Positions 29,024-32,000 of a DNA stretch of 32,000 bases are shown one piece after another (the stretch's first letter is position 1; every line of letters starts with the position of its first letter). The notes beneath the pieces are model-generated. The model was not told where the DNA came from. It saw only the letters and a program-made list of their open reading frames with translations, and searched no databases. This DNA is from Alkalilimnicola ehrlichii MLHE-1 (GTDB taxonomy: Bacteria > Pseudomonadota > Gammaproteobacteria > Nitrococcales > Halorhodospiraceae), in NCBI RefSeq assembly GCF_000014785.1, contig NC_008340.1, forward strand, positions 1,530,001-1,562,000, read 5' to 3'. The translations under genes and the position numbers were made by a program.

Positions 29024-30855
29024 CCGACGTGCCGAGCCCCTTCGACCCCAAGGCCTTCGTCCGCAGCCTCACCCAACGCCCCGGCGTCTACCGGATGGTG
29101 GATGGGCGCGGTGAGGTGCTTTATGTCGGCAAGGCCCGCAATCTGAAGAAGCGGGTCGCCAGCTATTTCACGCGCTCGCGGAAGTCGGCGCGCATCGAGC
29201 TGATGCTCACCCAGGTCCAGGACATCCAGGTCACCGTCACGCATACCGAGGCGGAGGCGCTGATCCTGGAGAACACCCTCATCAAGGAACTGCGGCCGCG
29301 CTACAATGTGCTGTTGCGCGACGATAAGTCCTACCCCTGGATCTACCTCTCATCGCACCAGGACTTCCCGCGGCTGAGCTTTCACCGCGGTGCCCGCAAG
29401 GGGCCCGGGCGCTGGTTCGGGCCGTTTCCCAGCGGTCATGCGGTGCGGGAAACGCTTAACACCCTGCAGAAGGTGTTTCGCATAAGGCAGTGCCAAGACA
29501 GCTTTTTCAGTAACCGATCCCGCCCCTGTCTGCAGCATCAGATCAAACGCTGCACGGCCCCCTGCGTGGGCTACATCAGCCGCGAGGCCTACCAGGAGGA
29601 CGTGCGCCACGCCGTGCTCTTCCTGGAGGGGCGCTCCAATCAGGTGATTGAGGAGCTGGGCGCACGTATGGAGGCGGCGTCGGAGCGGCTGGAGTTCGAG
29701 GCGGCGGCGCAGTACCGGGACCGGATTCAGGCCCTGCAGGCGGTCCAGGAGCGCCAGTACATCGTGGGGGAGAAGGGCGACCTGGACGTCATCGCCTGCG
29801 TCTCCGACGGGGTCACGGCCTGTGTCACGGTCTTTTTCTTTCGCCAGGGCCGGAATCTGGGCAACAAGGTCTTCTATCCGCGCATCCCGGAGGGCGCCGA
29901 TGAGGCGGAGGTCCTTGCCGCCTTCCTGGCCCGCTACTACATCGGCCGTAAGGCCCCCCCGGAGCTGGTGATCAGCCACACCATCCCGGAGCAGAAGGTC
30001 CTCGGGGAGGCGCTCTCCCGCGAATCCGGTCATCGGGTGAGAGTGACCCACTCGGTGCGCAAGGAGCGCCGCCGCTGGCTTGAGATGGCGTTGACCAACG
30101 CCCGCCACGCCCTGACCGCGCGTACCTCCACTCAGGCGATGGCCCTGCACCGCCTGGAGGCCTTACAGGATGCGCTGCAACTCCCGGCACTGCCGGAGCG
30201 CATTGAGTGCTTCGATATCAGCCACACCCGGGGCGAGGCTACCGTGGCCGCCTGTGTGGTGTTCAACCAGGACGGCCCGCTGAAGTCCGACTACCGCCGG
30301 TTCAATATCCGTGGTATCACCCCGGGGGACGATTACGCCGCCATGCGCCAGGCCCTCAGTCGGCGTTATCAGCGCTTGAAAAAGGGCGAGGGCGTGCTGC
30401 CGGATATCCTGCTGATCGATGGGGGCAAGGGCCAGGTGGCGCAGGCCGAGGCCGTCCTGGAGGAGTTGCAGGTGGACGATGTCTACCTGGTGGGGATCGC
30501 CAAGGGCCCGGAGCGGCGCCCCGGCGAGGAGACCCTGATACTATCTGATGAGGACGGACGCGAGAAAACCCTGGGACCGGATGCCCCGGCGTTGCAGTTG
30601 TTGCAGCAGGTGCGGGACGAGGCGCACCGCTTTGCCATTGCCGGCCACCGGCAACAGCGGGGCAAGGCGCGGACCCGCTCGGCGCTGGAGGACATTCCCG
30701 GGCTGGGCCCCAAGCGACGCCAGGCCCTGTTGCGCCACTTTGGAGGCCTGAAGGCGGTCGCCCGGGCCGGGGTGGAGGACCTGGCCCGCACCCCGGGCAT
30801 CAGTCGGGCCCTGGCGCAGAAGGTCTACGATCATTACCACGGAGATAGCGGTTAA
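29020..30855 (+). CDS. uvrC: Excinuclease ABC subunit C
   Basis: GIY-YIG motif 'PGVYRM.D..GEVLYVGKA.NLKKRV.SYF', a UVR domain ('FE.AA.YRD.I.AL'), an endonuclease V-like domain and a C-terminal (HhH)2. ATGA overlap with the UDG stop. Confidence 0.95.
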   Translation: MTDVPSPFDPKAFVRSLTQRPGVYRMVDGRGEVLYVGKARNLKKRVASYFTRSRKSARIELMLTQVQDIQVTVTHTEAEALILENTLIKELRPRYNVLLRDDKSYPWIYLSSHQDFPRLSFHRGARKGPGRWFGPFPSGHAVRETLNTLQKVFRIRQCQDSFFSNRSRPCLQHQIKRCTAPCVGYISREAYQEDVRHAVLFLEGRSNQVIEELGARMEAASERLEFEAAAQYRDRIQALQAVQERQYIVGEKGDLDVIACVSDGVTACVTVFFFRQGRNLGNKVFYPRIPEGADEAEVLAAFLARYYIGRKAPPELVISHTIPEQKVLGEALSRESGHRVRVTHSVRKERRRWLEMALTNARHALTARTSTQAMALHRLEALQDALQLPALPERIECFDISHTRGEATVAACVVFNQDGPLKSDYRRFNIRGITPGDDYAAMRQALSRRYQRLKKGEGVLPDILLIDGGKGQVAQAEAVLEELQVDDVYLVGIAKGPERRPGEETLILSDEDGREKTLGPDAPALQLLQQVRDEAHRFAIAGHRQQRGKARTRSALEDIPGLGPKRRQALLRHFGGLKAVARAGVEDLARTPGISRALAQKVYDHYHGDSG

Positions 30856-30858
30856 ACC

Positions 30859-31410
30859 ATGCAGTTGAACTGGCCCAACGCCCTGACCCTGTTCCGGATT
30901 GCGCTGATCCCGGTGCTGGGGCTGTGCTTCTTGCTCCCGGCACCCTGGATGAACGTGCTGGCGGTGATCGTGTTCAGCGCGGCGGCCGTCACCGACTGGC
31001 TGGACGGCTACCTGGCGCGCCGGCTGCAGCAGACCTCCGCCTTCGGGGCGTTCCTGGACCCAGTGGCCGACAAGCTAATGGTCGCGGTCGCCCTGGTGGC
31101 GCTGGTCGCGGTGCATCCGGGGCCCTGGCTCGCCGTGCCGGCCAGCATCATCATCGGCCGTGAGATTGCCGTGTCCGCCCTGCGTGAGTGGATGGCGAAC
31201 CTCGGGGCCCGGGCCAGCGTGGCGGTGAGCATGGCCGGCAAGGTCAAGACGACCGCCCAGATGGCGGCCATCATCATGCTGTTATACGGTCAATCGCTGG
31301 GCCCGATCCCGCTCTTTGAGCTGGGCGTGGTGCTCCTTTACGTGGCGGCGGTGCTGACCGTATACTCCATGGCGCTGTATCTGAGGGCGGCCTGGGAGCA
31401 GCTCGCGTAG
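30859..31410 (+). CDS. pgsA: CDP-diacylglycerol--glycerol-3-phosphate 3-phosphatidyltransferase
   Basis: CDP-alcohol phosphotransferase motif 'DWLDGYLARR.....FGAFLDPVADK'. Located 3 nt after uvrC, as in E. coli. Confidence 0.9.
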   Translation: MQLNWPNALTLFRIALIPVLGLCFLLPAPWMNVLAVIVFSAAAVTDWLDGYLARRLQQTSAFGAFLDPVADKLMVAVALVALVAVHPGPWLAVPASIIIGREIAVSALREWMANLGARASVAVSMAGKVKTTAQMAAIIMLLYGQSLGPIPLFELGVVLLYVAAVLTVYSMALYLRAAWEQLA

Positions 31411-31456
31411 CGCCCCGCCGGGTTCGGCCCCCGCCACTGCGGCAGCGCAGCAGGGG

Positions 31457-31484
31457 TTGACACACCTTCAGAGGGCTGTAAAAT
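31457..31484 (+). promoter_or_regulatory. Near-consensus sigma-70 promoter for the tRNA cluster: TTGACA-N16-TAAAAT
   Basis: TTGACA at 31457-31462 and TAAAAT at 31479-31484, followed by the GC-rich discriminator-like 'acgcaccc'. The mature tRNA 5' end is 17 nt downstream of the -10. Confidence 0.65.
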
Positions 31485-31500
31485 ACGCACCCACAACGCA

Positions 31501-31576
<76 letters not shown>

Positions 31577-31583
31577 AACAGCC

Positions 31584-31610
31584 AGAAGCCCCGGCCAGTC
31601 CGGGGCTTCT
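31584..31610 (+). terminator. Strong GC-rich hairpin after tRNA-Gly (11-bp perfect stem, 5-nt loop); terminator-like or processing element
   Basis: AGAAGCCCCGG-ccagt-CCGGGGCTTCT, followed by the pyrimidine-rich 'ctcgtt', which is not a clean U-tract. Confidence 0.45.
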
Positions 31611-31704
31611 CTCGTTACGGCCGGGGTGGAGGGCCTCTCGCTCGGCCTCCGGGCCAGGTCGGGCCTCGCAATTTTGCGCCCAGGCTGTTAAGATCTCGCG
31701 CGAT

Positions 31705-31778
31705 GGCTAGGTGGCAGAGTGGTGATGCAGCGGCCTGCAAAGCCGTGTACCTCGGTTCGATTCCGGGCCTAGCCTCCA
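31705..31778 (+). tRNA. cysT: tRNA-Cys (anticodon GCA), CCA encoded
   Basis: Acceptor stem GGCTAGG/CCTAGCC, anticodon loop CTGCAAA, T-arm CTCGGTTCGATTCCGGG, discriminator T then CCA. Confidence 0.9.
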
Positions 31779-31829
31779 TCTCCCACGCCCCGGCTGCCCC
31801 GGCAGGGGCGACTCCCGCAGGACCATCCC

Positions 31830-31915
31830 GCCCGGATGGCGGAATTGGTAGACGCAGGGGACTTAAAATCCCCCGGCTTTAAGCCGTGCCGGTTCAAGTC
31901 CGGCTCCGGGCACCA
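31830..31915 (+). tRNA. leuZ: tRNA-Leu (anticodon TAA), long variable arm, CCA encoded
   Basis: Acceptor stem GCCCGGA/TCCGGGC, D-arm GGCGGAATTGGTAGACGC, and anticodon stem GGGGA/TCCCC with loop CTTAAAA. Variable arm CGGCTTTAAGCCGTG, T-arm CCGGTTCAAGTCCGG. Confidence 0.9.
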
Positions 31916-32000
31916 GCCACGCCCTTTCCCCGCACCGTCCACCCCTGCGTGCAACCGCTGCCCCGACCGGGGTCAACCGCGGTACCCGCTCATCCATCAT

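Noticed and set aside
31916-32000. Possible genomic-island attachment site downstream of tRNA-Leu.
   Set aside because: Only 85 nt are available. No integrase, direct repeat of the tRNA 3' end or compositional shift is visible in the window, so it is kept only as a suggestion to look downstream.

Overview
This is high-GC DNA (roughly two-thirds G+C by eye, not computed). It reads as a densely packed core-chromosome segment of a gammaproteobacterium; an Ectothiorhodospiraceae/Chromatiales-like or Pseudomonas-like gene order is an inference only. Almost every gene is recognisable from conserved motifs, and the order matches well-known synteny.

Gene order, left to right:
- hpt (partial), then an MTAP-family phosphorylase.
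- ygfZ, divergent from an SDHAF4-like 59-aa ORF followed by sdhC-sdhD-sdhA-sdhB-sdhE-ygfX.
- nadB, convergent with ygfX and divergent from rpoE(algU)-rseA-rseB-rseC-mucD/degP.
- lepA-lepB-DUF4845-rnc-era-recO-pdxJ-acpS.
- cysM, a PolB-like exonuclease, rlmD and nudF.
- On the minus strand, purB plus two unknown genes.
- fumC, convergent with a RibD_C-like reductase.
- A family-5-like UDG, then uvrC and pgsA.
- tRNA-Gly(GCC), tRNA-Cys(GCA) and tRNA-Leu(UAA), the same order as E. coli pgsA-glyW-cysT-leuZ.

I see no CRISPR array, transposase, integrase, phage gene, large repeat or compositional island. I cannot honestly point to a clear new system in this window. The items most worth a second look are:
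1. A translationally coupled pair of uncharacterised genes downstream of purB. One is a cytoplasmic protein with a degenerate PLD-like pattern; the other is a secreted protein with a secretin-N-like segment.
2. A 59-aa SDHAF4/DUF1674-like ORF that is missing from the ORF track. It completes an unusually full succinate dehydrogenase maturation cluster.
3. A stand-alone DEDDy PolB-like exonuclease wedged between cysM and rlmD.
4. A family-5-like uracil-DNA glycosylase coupled to uvrC by an ATGA overlap.

Many long ORFs in the track are antisense artefacts of the high GC content, or 5' over-extensions of real genes. Start codons were re-picked where the conserved N-terminus or a Shine-Dalgarno sequence allowed.
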